DNA of 64,000 bases from Lama glama (GCA_028534125.1 CM052817.1:93808001-93872000); one strand, 5' to 3'. Positions 1 through 13,849 are shown, counted from the stretch's first letter. Notes: generated by a model from the letters alone, not told the origin. A program made the numbers and translations.

Positions 1-1087
1 TCAGACCAGTCACTTGGCCGCCCAAACACAAGGGACCAGGAAGCGCCATCCTGTGCTCACTCAGCAGGTAGGGACCCAGGAGTATCTGGTGAATGGAAGC
101 ACTGATTACCACATTGTCACTACACAGCTTCCAGGTGTTCTCTCATTCAAAAGCTGACAGTATCTCACAGCTTCTCAAAATATGTTCCCAAGTGATTAAC
201 AAGAGAAAGAGGAAACCTTCCGCGGTAGCACAACATCCTGACGCTATTGTCCCTTTGTTTCTCTTTCACGGTAGTCATACCTCTTCCGAAAATGTAGGGT
301 TTCTTCTAACATGAATGAAAAACAATTAAGATGTGAAATGCTACAAGAATATGTGACCGTATCTACCCACTGCTCAAACAACCCACCGCAGCAGAGCTAA
401 TGCACAATTTTTCTAGTAGGTAGCCTTTTGAAAAGCACAGACTGAATTTCTATCAACCATGGTCATTTTAAATGAAGATCATTTTTCATTAAAGTGCTTT
501 ATTGTTTGCAGATGATCTAAATAACTAAATATTTTCTCTTCCAAACGACCTCTACCTTCAACAGTAATTCATAAAAATCTACTCTGCCTTGGGGACACAA
601 AAGACTTTTGGTTGTTTCATTCGGACTGACAGTGCTTTAAGATAAAAGCTGTTTTCCTGCTCTGAAAATCCCCAATGAGAAAGCAAAGGCTGCACCAGGC
701 GGCAGCAGTCAGTCCTCTGGGCTCTTATCCGAAACCACTTTCCTTCCTCTAAGCCCTCTTGGCTTTAAAACATCCTAGAACAGGCTAAAGTAGTTAGATA
801 TTAAGTGTTGTCTTGAACCTACTCAATTAAGTAAGTGATCACTTTGAAATTCGGAATTAACTCCAACTCCAAGAGCTATGGCTCTCCTGATATGAATCAC
901 CCCCTCCAAAGGCACGATTCAAGAGCTTTCTCTCTACAATGCCAGGAGGGTGGATTTCTTTGGTCATAAGCTGTCATAGGGATCTCAGCCTAATTCATTT
1001 TCCCCAGTCCTTTATTCAGATACAGGGTTTCAATGCCTGTCTCTCAAAAACATAGTTGGACCACCTCAACACTATTCCATTTCATAC

Positions 1088-1550
1088 TGCCAACAAAAAG
1101 TTGTCACTCGCCATCTGGTTCTACAAGAATGAAGTTACTAGCCACTGCAGTCTCAGACCTTCAACACCCTGAAAGGACTTCAAGGCGGAGATCAGGAATG
1201 AGGCACTCTGTGCTCTGGGAGAAGCTGGCAGAACCGGTCTTCAGATAGTTGGGTATTTTCAGGAGAAGATTTTATGAGCCCAATTTCTTACATCTTGTAT
1301 CTAGGAAAAACTAAAATCAGTAATGGAGACACTGCTTCTCGTGACCAGCACAACCTTCTGTCAAAATGCGTGCTTGACTGCACACACCCCCTTCACTAAA
1401 ATCACGTACATACTGACCTTTCCCCTGCCTCTTCACAGCATGTCCTCAGAGCTAGCTGAGAGGCTGTCTCCCGGGCTAGAGTCCTCATTTTGCCCCAAAT
1501 AAAACAACTCACACTTCTCACAGTGTGCTTTTCTATTTTTTCAGTCAACA
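1088..1550 (+). mobile_element. Solo LTR, ERV1-class (MER41_BT-like cetartiodactyl LTR)
   Basis: TG...CA termini (tgccaacaaaaag ... ttttttcagtcaaca), AATAAA at 1498-1503 about 50 nt before the end; 3' end resembles cetartiodactyl MER41-like LTRs. Confidence 0.7.
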
Positions 1551-2189
1551 GAACAAGTTTTACATTAAAAAGATCCCTTCTTAGTTTAAAGAAAAAACTC
1601 AGCACTAAAAAAAAAAAAATTAGGCCTTAATTTTAATGATACAAATTAGAAATGGTTCAAAATGGAAATCTTTGTGTTTCGGGTTGGAGACACATTTCTT
1701 GACAAAGCGTTGAGGATGTTTTTAAGTCATCTCCATTTCATTTCAGAGAATTTAAAGCCAGGAAATATATCAGAGAGAGGAAAAACAATGACAGTTTTGT
1801 GTAATAGCACAAAATTAGCATGTTGGTCTCTTTGATGAGCTAAAGTACATGGCAGACGTTTCTAGTAACCACGTTCCTTTTGACATGTTGAAGGGCATGC
1901 TGTGTGCATTCTGTGAATATGACACATTATTTTCTTTCTCTTGACTTCTAGAAGCCTTAGCACTTTTTCAAGAGGGCATACGGTTACTAGAATTACTTTA
2001 ATATGAGTACTAATCCAACTTCTCATCTGGAAACAAAAATGTCCCAGAAAGTTCCCATTTACTTATTTTAGACTCTAGATCATAAAATCTTATCATTTTC
2101 ACTAAATGCATGACAGAAGTTTAAGATTTTACTGTAACTTTATCAAGTTGGCTTTAATCTACCAGCAAATCACTTCCTTTACTCAATTT

Positions 2190-2400
2190 TCAATTCAGTA
2201 TATAAACAGAAAATGCCTGTTACGTGCAAAGCACGATTCTATATATTATTGAGAACCTAACAGTGGAATCCCTGACCTCAAGAAGTTTATCATCTAGTAG
2301 ACAGCATGTAAATAAACAACACAAAGAAGCACGTGAAAAGTATTATAGCAGAATCACAAGTGCCCTGGCACACAGCATCTTCAGCTAGAAAACCTGGGGT
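2190..2400 (-). mobile_element. L2 LINE 3' fragment
   Basis: Degenerate L2 3'-end pattern (aatgcctgttacgtgcaaagcac...atccctgacctcaagaagtttatcatctagt). Confidence 0.5.
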
Positions 2401-4324
2401 CAGCTTTGCTGAACAGTGGCATATGACCCGGGGTGGACCTTAAAGTAGGAGTCGAATTTTGAGAGACCGAATTGGGAAGGAAGAGCACCCTAAAAGGAGG
2501 AAGTAGGAACAAGCAGGGGGTGTGTTTAGGAACCAGCAAGTAGCCTCGTTTGCCTGTAGCGTAGGGCACAGCAAGGAAGAAACAGGAAATAAAATGCAAG
2601 TGTAGATTCTCAGAGCTACATCACGCTCAAGCGAGAAGGAAGAGCTCACTGACCCTTTGTTCGATCTCCTGTTTCTACAGATGTGGAAAACAAAAGCCTC
2701 TTTTCACACGTTTTGTTGTTTATGTTCCCTGTTCTAGACACTAAACTTCTTTTTAATCTGATTATGTGGCCCGTTTTCCATTAACAGCTCAAATGTAATT
2801 TCAATGCAGTTAGCTTGAATGAAAGTTAACAAATTAGCTGGGAAATATACATACATATATGAGAAACAGTGACCACACTTTTTCTTTTCCCAGTTCTCAC
2901 AGTCAAACTTTCAGGATGGTAAACCCTTTCCCTGAACTTTAGTTAAGTCCATAAATTTATTTGGCCGCACAGGGGAATGAGGCTAATACACTCTTAAATG
3001 TCATAAAACGAGTTCTTCACTTTGAATATTCTAACACATCAGGACAACACCATAGAAGAGCGAACAGCATTAGTGCTAGCATTTCACCTGAGAAGCTGAT
3101 GTCCTTCAGGTTTGCTCCTGCAGATTTTGCCTGCTGTTCCCAAATCTTTGAGTCCTAGTCAGCACAGAGTTCAGAACCTCTTTTCATTCTCCTGATGCTA
3201 AACTGTTTTCTTAAGCTCAAACACAAACAAAACAAACAGACAACCTTGCCCACTCGCATCTCGTAAAATTGCACAGTGTCGGTTCTCCTAACAGGCCCTA
3301 CCTCTCTGATATCAGGGTTCCTCTGTCCTCATCTTTAACACTGTGCTTTTCAAAGGTTGTTTCTCTGTGGAAACTCTCAGCCAGCTAAGCCTGTGTTTCT
3401 CTTCACTTTGACAAGAGCTCTCCCCACTACAGCCTTCACAAACTCAACTCTCCAGCTTCTGACAGACGGGAAAAATGAATAACCCTGCAAGCTCTCTAAA
3501 ATAGCCAAGATAAAGTACAATGACCATTTTCATCTTTAAAAGCTCCTGGAAGCTTGTCAGTCATTGAAATAGCTTTCCCTCTGCAGCTCTTGAAATCCGC
3601 AGTAGCATCTCTTTGTCCACCGCCTATTGGTGCCTCTCCGTGGGATCCATCACTCCCAAAGTCATCACCGCCACCATTGTTTTCAAGGCTCACCAGAGAA
3701 CACAAATCAGGTCCTGTCTTACTGCTCCTAATAGTCACTTGCTTTCAAGGTCAGTCACCACTCTTGGAAAAACCAGAAGTTCTTTATTTCTGGGGTCAGT
3801 CTTTGGCTTGCCTCTACACAGCGGGAGCTTGTTCTCCACATTTTCCTCTGTGGGAAGAATCTCACAGACACAACCCAGTCCCACGCTGTTAGCATAAAAA
3901 CCGTGCAACATCGATAAAACCGGATTTCACCCTGGCCTGCTACTTCTGCATTCAAAGTGCTTTTCCCTATATTCAGTTGTTGCCTGCTCTGAATATCAGC
4001 AGAAGTTAATTTCATTTTATCTGCTCTACTTGAAGTTACGTCTTCAAGCCCAACCATCAAATGTGATAAAGTCATACGCAAGCTAGAAGGTCCTCATATT
4101 AATTGGCAAAAAGGCCAATAATAATTTGTTACTATTCACCAGATGCAGTAACACCCACCTCAGCAGACAGAAAAATCCCATTACGGACTAAAGCTGTTTA
4201 GAATTCCGCATGTGCACGTGTATTATGGACGAACATTTCTAAAGGAGGGGTAAAAATATTCAACATTGCCTACAGCACGAAGGTAGAGACAAATCCAAAT
4301 GCAAGATATATCTCATCAAGAGAA

Positions 4325-4612
4325 GAGCAAACAATCATGGTTACTGAGAGCAGGGGGTGGGAGGGGGTGAGAAGAGATAAATTTGGGAGTTCGAGATTTG
4401 AAAATATTAACTACTATATATTAAAGTAGGTAAAAAAACATTTCTTCTGTATAGCACAGGGAAATATATTCAGTATCTTGTAATAACCTTTAATGACAAA
4501 GAATATGAAAACGAATGTATATATGTACATGCATGACTGAAGCATTATGCTGTGCACCAGAGACTGACACAACATTGTAAACTGACCATACTTTAATTTA
4601 AAAAACAAGAAA
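4325..4612 (+). mobile_element. L1 3' UTR fragment (cetartiodactyl/camelid L1)
   Basis: Typical motifs ctgtatagcacagggaaatatattcagtatcttgtaataacc and cacaacattgtaaactgac, followed by an A-rich tail. Confidence 0.9.
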
Positions 4613-4725
4613 GACTGAAGTAAAATGAAAGTACTTATCCATTATCGTACCATTACTGCTCCAACCCCTCCCACCTACAGTACGACAAACTAAACACTCT
4701 CTATTGAGACACATTACGGTTCTTC

Positions 4726-4855
4726 CATTCGCTCATTCATTCAACAAATATGAACTGGACACTTAGGAGGTGTTACAAATTATGCTAAACACTAGGGAGA
4801 TATTGGCGGGAAATATCAACACAATCGCTGCCCACACAGAGATTACAGTCAGCTG
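4726..4855 (-). mobile_element. L2 3' end fragment
   Basis: cattcattcaacaaatat followed by a degenerate L2 terminal pattern. Confidence 0.55.
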
Positions 4856-5149
4856 TGAATTAAAGTAATAACTGATTCACAAATGTAAGATGACACAGGG
4901 AGTGAGACTTCGCCAGAACTCTGAAGGACCTCAAGTATAAAGGACAGGTAGGAAATGGCCTTGGGAAGGTCGACAGGGTGAGACAAGAAGTAAAGACCAC
5001 AGCAGAGCTGGTAATCGTTCACACCAGAGCCCTAGATGTCAGATAAACTGCGATCATATTTACAATGCTGAGTCCACAAGAAATTAAAGACAATCTCTCA
5101 ATGGCAAATTAAAATAAACAATGAATCAAGAAGGGTGGGAGAGATGTTA

Positions 5150-6770
5150 ACACCAGGAAACCAAGCCTTGGAAATGCAAGGTCCTGGGATAGATGAATAG
5201 GTGTTAAGGTCTTGGACCTGCGTCCTGGTGAGGTTGACCCTGAGCCCCACACAGAACTGCAACTCTCAGAAGGGAAGTACTGTTTCTAAAACACGGGCTG
5301 GAAAACGGCCACACGTCGACAAAGGGAATAGATGAGGTAATCTGTCTGCCTCCACCATAGCTCTGAGCAAAAAAAGGCATAGTCTTCTCCGACTAAATGT
5401 ATTTCTAATTATTCTCTCACAAGAGTCTGAGCTTTCAGTGACACTGCTCATAATGGAGAAGGTGGTGGAGGTCCCTGGTCCCTGAAGAAATAAATGCAAC
5501 TTCTCTTTGGAGAAAAGATCCTCAACCCAGGTCCTGTAAGCAGCACATTTATGTTTAGCCAAGATGTGCTCGCATTAAAAAATGAACTCAAGAAAACAAG
5601 CCATCATGGCAAGAGTCAGCAGAAATGCCAAAAACTACAGATTCAAGGCTTAAGATTTCAGTTCTAACAGATCTAATATGAGTAATTAAATATGAGATGC
5701 CTAAAGAAATAAAAGATGGGATTGAAATTCAAGCAAGGAACAAAAATGATCGAAAATGACTAGACAGATTTGAAGAAAAAAGAAAACTAAGTCAAAAGGG
5801 CTAAATACCTTGTGTTGAGCCATCTAGATCCACACTCTCCACCCTTTCCCACCAAGTCTCTGCCCCTCTGTTCATCTGACCTTTATTTGTCAACATGTCA
5901 ATCACAGCATGACTCCTGGCTCCTCTGAAGGTTTCATGCACGCAGAGCACAGGTAGGAGATGGGAGGAAGGAGGGGGACTGCGTGCAGGTGTTTGTGGCC
6001 TTGGCTCCTTCCCTGGGAGGTCCCAGAACTGGCTGTGCCTCTGGACAGAAGATCACCGCTCCTGCACGACGCCACTCTCCCTCCCAATGTCCAGTAATCT
6101 CTCGCTCTGCGACAGCCCTGCTGCCGTTACTCCCGACCTTCTGCATTCTCCCTTGTGGTTCCCCTTTATCCTAACCAGAAAGAAAAGGTAGATCGCTACA
6201 AAGAAATGGCAATTAGACTGACAGTCAAATTCTCAATAGTAACAATAGAAGCCAGAGCACTGTGGGAACAATATCTTCTAAGTGCTGAGAGGAAAAACTA
6301 TCAACTTGGAATTGCATAACGCTATTATTCAATAGCAAGCCCAAAATCAAGGCAGTTTTAGATAAACAGAAACCAAGAGCGTTTACTAGCAATAGACTCC
6401 TATTGCAATAAATATACTTAGGAAACAGCAAAGCTTACAGAAAATACAAAGTTAGAATAAGATAGTTTCGTAAAGTGGCTGCTTCTCAGGTCAATACATT
6501 AAAATCAATAATATTTCTATATGCCATTAACAAATAGTTAGAAAATGTAATTTCAAAAGAGATACAATTTTAAATAACTACAATTAAAATGAGATACCTA
6601 AAAATAAAACTAACACAGGATGTAAAGGACATTTATAGAGTAAATGTTTATACTGTCTTAAAAGGCACTAAAGAAGAAATACACTGTGCTCACGGATACA
6701 AAGATTAACATCAATAATACAAGAGGTCAAATCTACTCAGGCTGGTCTAAGGATTTAGTGAGTTCCAAGC
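5150..6770 (+). mobile_element. Old L1M/HAL1-type LINE fragments (ORF1 and ORF2 RT remnants), interrupted by LTR33
   Basis: A-rich; ORF1-like aattagactgacagtcaaattctcaatagtaacaatagaagccaga at about 6210; ORF2-like aaatcaataatatttctatatgccattaacaaatag and aggatgtaaaggacatttat at 6500-6640. Confidence 0.65.
5811..6175 (+). mobile_element. LTR33-family (ERVL) LTR fragment
   Basis: tgtg...ctagatccacactctccaccc start; caggtaggagatgggaggaaggag and ggctgtgcctctggacagaagatcaccgctcctg resemble the LTR33 consensus. Confidence 0.65.
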
Positions 6771-6989
6771 AGAGAGAGAGACACAGCTGGGAGACGGCAC
6801 AAGCATGATGATTATTTTTTCTTACACTACACAGATATTTTGTACACAAACACACACACACATATATATATAGAGAGAGAGAGTCAAAAACATTTTATAT
6901 TCAATAATTAAATTTAAGAAAAGGAGATTTTAGTATTAAGAAAAATAAAGAATTTTTTTAAGAAATACTTAACAGAGCTGATATTGCCA

Positions 6990-7350
6990 AGTGGTCAAAG
7001 ACAGAGAACCACTTGTGAAATGCAACTCAAAGCCTCCAAGAGATCTTGGCAGAAGCAGTTCCATTGGAGCTGTGGGGATAAAGTCCAGACTACAGTGAAA
7101 CGGGAAAGTAGAGGAAATGCTGGACATCCCCTCCAAAATGCTTGGCTCCCTCATGGGAGACAAATGCGGGCAGGTGGAGTGGGACATACAGAAGAAAGAG
7201 TGTTCTGTTCTTTTCAACATGTGCATATCTTGCGTGTGTTCACTGCTCATTGGATAGAGGCAGAGAAGTGAAGATACAGGAGACAAGAAATGATGGCTAT
7301 GTAGAGAACCCTGAGATTTCAGGAGGAAACAGGATTAAGTGCAGAGCTGT
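6990..7350 (-). mobile_element. L2 fragment
   Basis: Purine-rich degenerate L2 pattern (gcagttccattggagctgtggggataaagtccagactacagtg). Confidence 0.45.
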
Positions 7351-9062
7351 GGGTTTTCGTTCAACCAGACAGGAAGGAGGAGAGGGTGGGGATAAGACAC
7401 AGGAGTGCGGTAGATTAAAGGTAGGTTATTCAAGGTAACGCTTTTGTTTGCTTTTACTTTCACTGGAAATTCATGGTAATAGAGCCTAAAAACACATCCT
7501 CCCCTAACAGTGGCTAACTTTGATGCTGGTAAATCAAGTAGCAGTTTCAAAGGCTTGAGCAAGAAAATCTCAATACCTTCACATAGATATGTATTCCACC
7601 AAAGCTACGTCACAAATTGGTGGTTCTCTGTAGCCAAGACCGCAAGTCTAGACCAAGGATTTGACTTTGCATGAGCGGCTCTATTTGACTCCACAAAAGT
7701 TTGAAGGCAGACAAGCTATAAGGGGAAAATAAAGCAGTAAGACTGTGCAGCTCGGAGTGCCATGGCGCAAAGGAATTGTGAGTTGTCTGCTTTTGCATAT
7801 TAAAACATTAATCTCCCCACGGGGGAGCAGCTCCAATAATTTCTCTGCAAACGTCTTCTACAAGGATTCACAAGGGTGAAGGAAGACGTCTCACTCCCCA
7901 TTAATTTCAGGAACATGGTTCACACAGATCCTCTCGTGCTTTCAGTGAATTATGATCAGACTGAAAACACTAATTCCTCTAGCGTTTTTCAAAAAGCATT
8001 GTTTCCTCTTTCCAAGATTAAGCCTCCACGTTGAGTGATCTGCAAATGAACCACCCCATGGAGACCAGCAAACAAATCTGCAATGGTCTTGCAACGCTAG
8101 CTTGCTCCACCATCTTCCATTCAGAAACAGAAGATTCTTCATAGACTGGGATTTAATGCGTGCTTATCTTAATGAAGAGCTGTCACCCAAGGTGTGCTCA
8201 TTTCCTTCCAATATACTGTTCTTACAGTGTAGATGAATTCCCATGGTATCTTCACTATAAGTAGCCGGGGTACAAATAAACCTTAGCAGGGTTGGCACCA
8301 TACGGTGTAAATAAATCTTTCCTAAAAATAAAATATATTTTGTGCTCAGGATATATCTTCTAAGACAGCAGGAAGGAAAAACAATCCAGCCTGTACAGTG
8401 GTTTTTCTACCTTTAGCTGCCAACTTCTATAGATGGCTTTAACCAGTGGATTTCACAGAGGTTTATTTCTACGTATGTGGAATGTTCCAAGTAGAAAACT
8501 CAGTGGCAAGTAAAATTCTTAAGCGTGCCCAATGCACATGAGTTGACCATGTAAATGAGGCATATTTGATTCCACGGTTCTCATGGAAAACACAGCAGAT
8601 GTTTCCTTCCACCTATGATGGTTTTTAGGCCACAAAAAAATTGGGGCTGGAATGTTCAAAGTGCATGATTAAAGGTTTCCAATCACTGGGCAATTTTATG
8701 CTCATGATCATCATAGCATCTCTAGATTTTAAGTGCACAGATATTCAACAGATGAATCCAACTAGAACCAAATAACCATTTTTCCCAACTTGAAACAAAT
8801 GGCAAAGGGAAAGATGCTAAGGATATCTAAATTATTTCTAACCAATCTCCCTCTTGGTTGGGGACAATCACCGTCGCCCTTCCTGACCACAACGAGGAGA
8901 GTACATTTGGCCCCAACACCATCCATGGCTGCAAGCTACCCTCACAGGCGCACTTTCTTTTCCCATCAATTGAAGCTCAAGTGAAGAACCCCAATATGAA
9001 ACTGGCAAGAACATTAGGCTTTCTCTTACTCCTGCAGCTGATATTCAAAGAGTCAGACTGCA

Positions 9063-9202
9063 GGCGGAGGATATAGCTCAGTGGCAGAGTACATGCTTAG
9101 CATGCATGAAGTCCTGGGTTCACTCCCCAGTACTGCCATTAAATAAATAAAAAAACAAAAACAATCCTAACTGCCTCCCCCGACCAAAAAAAAAAAAAAA
9201 AA
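9063..9202 (+). mobile_element. tRNA-derived camelid SINE (Vic-1/SINE_Vpa-like)
   Basis: A box TAGCTCAGTGG, B box GGTTCACTCCC, A-rich linker, cctaactgcctccccc, poly-A; 16-bp TSD aaagagtcagactgca (9047-9062) / aaaaagccagattgca (9198-9213) with 3 mismatches. Confidence 0.9.
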
Positions 9203-9224
9203 GCCAGATTGCAAGAGCAGGGTC

Positions 9225-9430
9225 CTCAGTGGTGAAGGAATTGCTCAGAATTCTGGATCTACCATTTCCTAAATATGTAACTGCAACATGTTCCATTCCC
9301 TTTCTGTGCCGTGATATTCTCACCTGTAAATGGGGGTAAGAGCAGTGCCTACCTCATACAATTGTGGGGAGTAAAAGAGTTAAAGTAAGGAAACACCCAT
9401 TATGTTCAATAAATGCCAGCTACTGTGATT
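9225..9430 (+). mobile_element. MIR SINE
   Basis: Core ttctcacctgtaaatgggggtaagagcagtgcctacctcatacaattgtgg and tail gttcaataaatg. Confidence 0.75.
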
Positions 9431-9853
9431 TTTATCAGAATAGAGCAAGTATGCAAGTTCCCATAAGGATATTTTCCTGATTTATTTCAACCTTTTCTTG
9501 CTGGTTCATGGATAGGACCGGAGTGATAAAGAATTCTACAAACTACTCTGCCTCAAAAACAGAAAAAATAGTTGAGCCCACTGTTCTACAAAGGGTTGGT
9601 AATTGTTTCCCATAGTCCACCTGCCAAAGTGTGATAAACATTTCCCTGGGCACATTTCATTCAACAGGCGCTGATGCAGCAAAAACCCCCAATGAGAGGA
9701 GACCATAGTCAAGACAGTGCGCGTGGCAAGGCCTGACAAGCGGCGCGTCCTGCACAAACGAGCATGCCCTTGCAGCTTCCTTCACTCTGCCCTCACTCGT
9801 CCGCTCTCATTAACCCACGTGCATGAAGGAACACACATAAGTGTGCAAACACA

Positions 9854-9858
<5 letters not shown>

Positions 9859-9901
<43 letters not shown>
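9859..9901. repeat. (CA)n microsatellite
   Basis: Direct reading. Confidence 0.95.
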
Positions 9902-10614
9902 GACTTTTCAAAGACTAGCTTCTTCCTTGGTGTAGCAAGAGCTTTATTAATAGGTTAAAGTTCTTCCAGTCCTTCATCAAGAAGGCGTTAATTTTAGATC
10001 AGTTATTTCATCACTCCATGTCCCATCCTCTTCATATTCTAACACCTTTAAAAACACAGTAATTCTTCTGAGATAAAATAAGCCCCACTCTGCTGATTAT
10101 TCATTTATCCACAAAGCAGTGTGGAGGCCTCTGATGTGCCACGCATTCTACTGGGCACTGGATCCAAAAGATAAGTTGAAGACTTATCTTTGAGAAGTTT
10201 GAGAAATTTGTAATTTAGAGGAAGAATCCATATTACCCAAACAAAGACACAAAATAAAAATACCAAAGAAGCCAAATTCATATAAAGACATCAAATCTAA
10301 AAAAATAAAAGAAGAAACAATAAGTTGTATGATGGAGCTGATATAATTGCGCAACTATCCCCTATAAACCCGGATTTTATGTATTTGTATTCAGCAAAGG
10401 AATCTACATGTTTCCATTGACTGACCGAATCAACAAGCATATTTTTTAAATGTGAACTTACAAAATGCATCTACACTAATAAAATATTGTTTTTATATCT
10501 ACTCTATACACTGGGATTTCATTTAAAATTCTACTGTCGAGAGTTTAGAAAATACATTAACAGATAACTCTAATAAATCAATTCCGTATTCATTCATATA
10601 AAAAAGTATTAATC

Positions 10615-10775
10615 ATAATAATAAAATATCTTGAAGTCTTACTATTTACTGAAGACTTACTATGGTCTGACACTGCGTGCTTTACAACCCTCATGGCATT
10701 TAATCCTCACAACATCTTTGCAAGGTGTATGTTAATGAGCCAGTTTACAGATAAGGAGGCTATGGCTTAAAATCC
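10615..10775 (-). mobile_element. MIR SINE
   Basis: atttaatcctcacaac...cagtttacagataaggaggct. Confidence 0.7.
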
Positions 10776-10949
10776 ATCAGAGAGGACTCTGAATCTATAT
10801 CGCTTTCTTGGCTACATTTAAAGCTGTCATTGAGTCCTAAACGATCATTCTGAGCATAGAATATAACAGAATAATAATTACATTAGTGGTTGTCAATATT
10901 TTTAATACCATGGTTTTACAGTGTATTTGATAAGTCATTTTTTGTGCAT

Positions 10950-11075
10950 AGTCCCACTTAATTCTCACTTCATAACTGTGAGACAGTTATTATCATCTGT
11001 ACTTAACAGATGAGAAAACTGGCTCCAGTAAATCACAGTGACTTTCCCCAAGTCACTATCATCTGGACTTGGAAG
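10950..11075 (-). mobile_element. MIR SINE
   Basis: ttattatcatctgtacttaacagatgagaaaactggctc...gtgactttccccaagtcac. Confidence 0.75.
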
Positions 11076-11888
11076 AACAAAGGCAGTAAATGCAACCGTC
11101 TTTTCAATGCAACACCAATGCCAGAATGTGTGGAGTCAGAATCAAAAACACGCCTGTGAAAGGAAGTAGCCAGTCCTGTTCGGATGGGCCCAGAGCTCTT
11201 GCATACTGGGGCCTCCCACAACAGCTCATCCAGGCCGTCTGGTGGGAACCTTCCAATATCAAATCATGGCTCAAATCATGGCTACAGTTTTGTCCAAAAT
11301 CATGGGATTTGGGTAGTGATTTTAAATGTCCCAATACATGTTTGTACTTAGAGCATCTCAGATCTCATACTGGTTAGTATTTGTATTATCTAATTTAGTT
11401 TTTAAGGCAGCGTACTTTTAGCCAAGCTCTGAAATGTATCTTTTACATTAGTATTGAACTGCTGTAAAAACTCAGTATCTTTACATGCAGTTTAACTGTA
11501 AACCATCTCAAATCACTTTCAGAAGTATGCAGGGAATAAATTATGAATAAATAAGTACAAGTACATAAATTAAAAATACCCAGTTTCTGCCAGCAAAGAA
11601 CAACCTGGGTCCCGATTCTGTAACATCTCTGGAGTGATTATTATTCGTTGAGCATTCAAGGAACACTTTCATGTACCAAAAACGGTCTCTCCTTTCTACT
11701 GAGTACAACTGGTTATTTGAAAACTTCTACCTATTACTCTCTCTATATTATTCAAAAAGGTTTGTGGAGACAGGGTGACCAACCAGCCCATCTGTTCAGA
11801 TTTCATCAGGTTTCAGCACTGAAACTCGTTAGCCCTGAGCTAATCAAAACGTTGGACATCCTAAAATGGAGCACGGACATAGTTCAGC

Positions 11889-12399
11889 TGTTACTGGAGA
11901 ACAGGTTCTCAGCTTGCACAGGAAAGAATTCAAGAGGGAGGCACAGCACAGTGAAAGTGAGTTTGTCCAGGGAGATACACACTCCACAGACACAGCGAGG
12001 GCCATCCCAAAGGCGAGAGAGGCAGCCCCAGAGCATGAGGCCATCTAGGAAAGTCAGACTGGCCACCAGGTGCAGGGGTGGTTAGCTTTTAATGGGCCAG
12101 GTAATTTCATATGCTAACAAGTGGGAGGATATTCCAACTGTTTCGGAGAAGGGGCAGAGATTTTCAGGAATTGGGCTGCACCCACTTTTTGGCCTTTTAT
12201 GGTCATCCTGGGAATTGTCATCACACATGTGGGTGTGTCAGCTAATATATTACAATGAGCCCATAACGAGGTGCAAGCTCTACTGGAAGTCTAGTCTTCC
12301 GCCATCTTTGGCCAACCTGGTTCTAACCAGGTTATGTCCCATTCTCAATGGCTATGTCATTCTTTTAAAGGCTGTGCCCTGCCCTTCCCTCCTGTCTCA
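11889..12399 (-). mobile_element. Solo ERV1-class LTR (LTR39-like)
   Basis: About 510 bp; on the minus strand it begins TGAGACAGGAGGGAAGGG and ends TAACA; internal gaaagaattcaagag and atttcatatgctaa motifs typical of LTR39-like elements. Confidence 0.75.
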
Positions 12400-13849
12400 A
12401 CACTAGAGGTAACTTCTTGAACTACAACAATATTTTTCAGTGCATTTTTACCTTTTTTTTATTATATTAATGTTTATGTGCTAGAAGCAGAAAACATGAT
12501 GGAGATACAGGTCTGTGTGAGTTAGAATCCCAAGTTAAATGTCGTGTGATTCACAACCCCACTGCAATGTCTTTGCTCTGCACTGTTCACCCTGGTCTAT
12601 CTTTTTCTCTCTCACACACTCTTTCTCAGTATCATATTACCTGAGAAACTCTGACAGGAAAATTTAAACTAGTGGGAGAAACACTCTCCTGAGGCTTTGA
12701 AAGGATTTTCATCACTGCTAGTGCATTGTTGCTTCAAACCTTCAACTAAAAAGAAATATATAAACCTAAGCATTGGAACCAGAAAATCTTAACGGAAGCA
12801 AATGATCGGTTTTTCACTTGTTTTCATCTGTTGCTGAGCTCAATCATCTAGCCGATGAAATGGGAAGTGGATGTTGCTGGAATCTGACTTGGGGACCTAT
12901 CTATGGGGAAGCCCTTACAGTTTCAAGGGAGGGAGATAAAAGTGGTTCTTACCACAGCCTGATGCCAGTAACTCGAACATAACTTACATATACCATCCCA
13001 TGACACAGAAGAACTTCCACTGAAAATAATATAACTGGAATTGGAGGTGTGGAATACTTTTCCTCCTTGTCTATTTGCAGCTTCCTGAGACAGGGCAGCA
13101 GCAAATGTGGGGTCCTTTAGCCTGAGACTAAAAAAAAATCTCAGCTTCAAGCAAACCTGGAGGACTCAGGCTAATAAAAGCAAGGCCTTCTCTTTTGCAT
13201 GATTCCAATAAGCACATTGTCTCACATACCAGGGTCAATGGAAGACAGCTGGAGTATAATAGCTTTATAGCATTTTAAAAAGACATAAACAAACTGTGTG
13301 TATGAAAACCTTTCTGGATATTCACTTTTTAAAAACATCTCTGTAACTGATGTGCAGACCTGAATAAATAAGCCATAGCTTCCGGCTAGTTACCCAACCC
13401 TGTCACGCCACTGTAAAACTGACGGCCGTAGAGGTACTTTAACCAGATTTGACACCTGGAAACCAAGTATCACACTGAGCAATCTCTGATGCATTGTTCG
13501 TTTGTTTTTTGATATACAAAATATTACACTTTTTTGGATAATTTTATGATACCTCCTTGGTGAGCTGTAGAAGTAGAACTATTATTATTTAGATTTTGAT
13601 GTTTTAAATATGTATACTGAATGTATCTTCTTTGGCTAATTTAAGTAAAATAATGAAAAATAAATATTTGTTTAGAGCAAAGTTGTAGCCCAGTCATGGG
13701 AAAGAGAAGCTGCCAAGCCTCATGTGCCCCCTCCTTTCCTGAGCAATTAGATGCCACTAGACCACATATCTGAACTTGGATGAGCGAAGCTAGGCCCATG
13801 GTGCACAGGGCATGCTGCCTGATTCCTGGTCAGTCTGAAGAGTGACTCA

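Noticed and set aside
3088..3154. Possible minus-strand internal exon (TAG|GACTC...CAG|GTGAAA)
   Set aside because: No polypyrimidine tract before the acceptor, weak donor and no recognisable peptide.
3496..4081. Cluster of 80-112 aa ORFs
   Set aside because: No recognisable protein similarity or splice structure; overlapping on both strands.
9063..9135. Possible tRNA-Ala gene
   Set aside because: Followed by a SINE body, poly-A and TSD; the acceptor stem is not intact, so it is a SINE.
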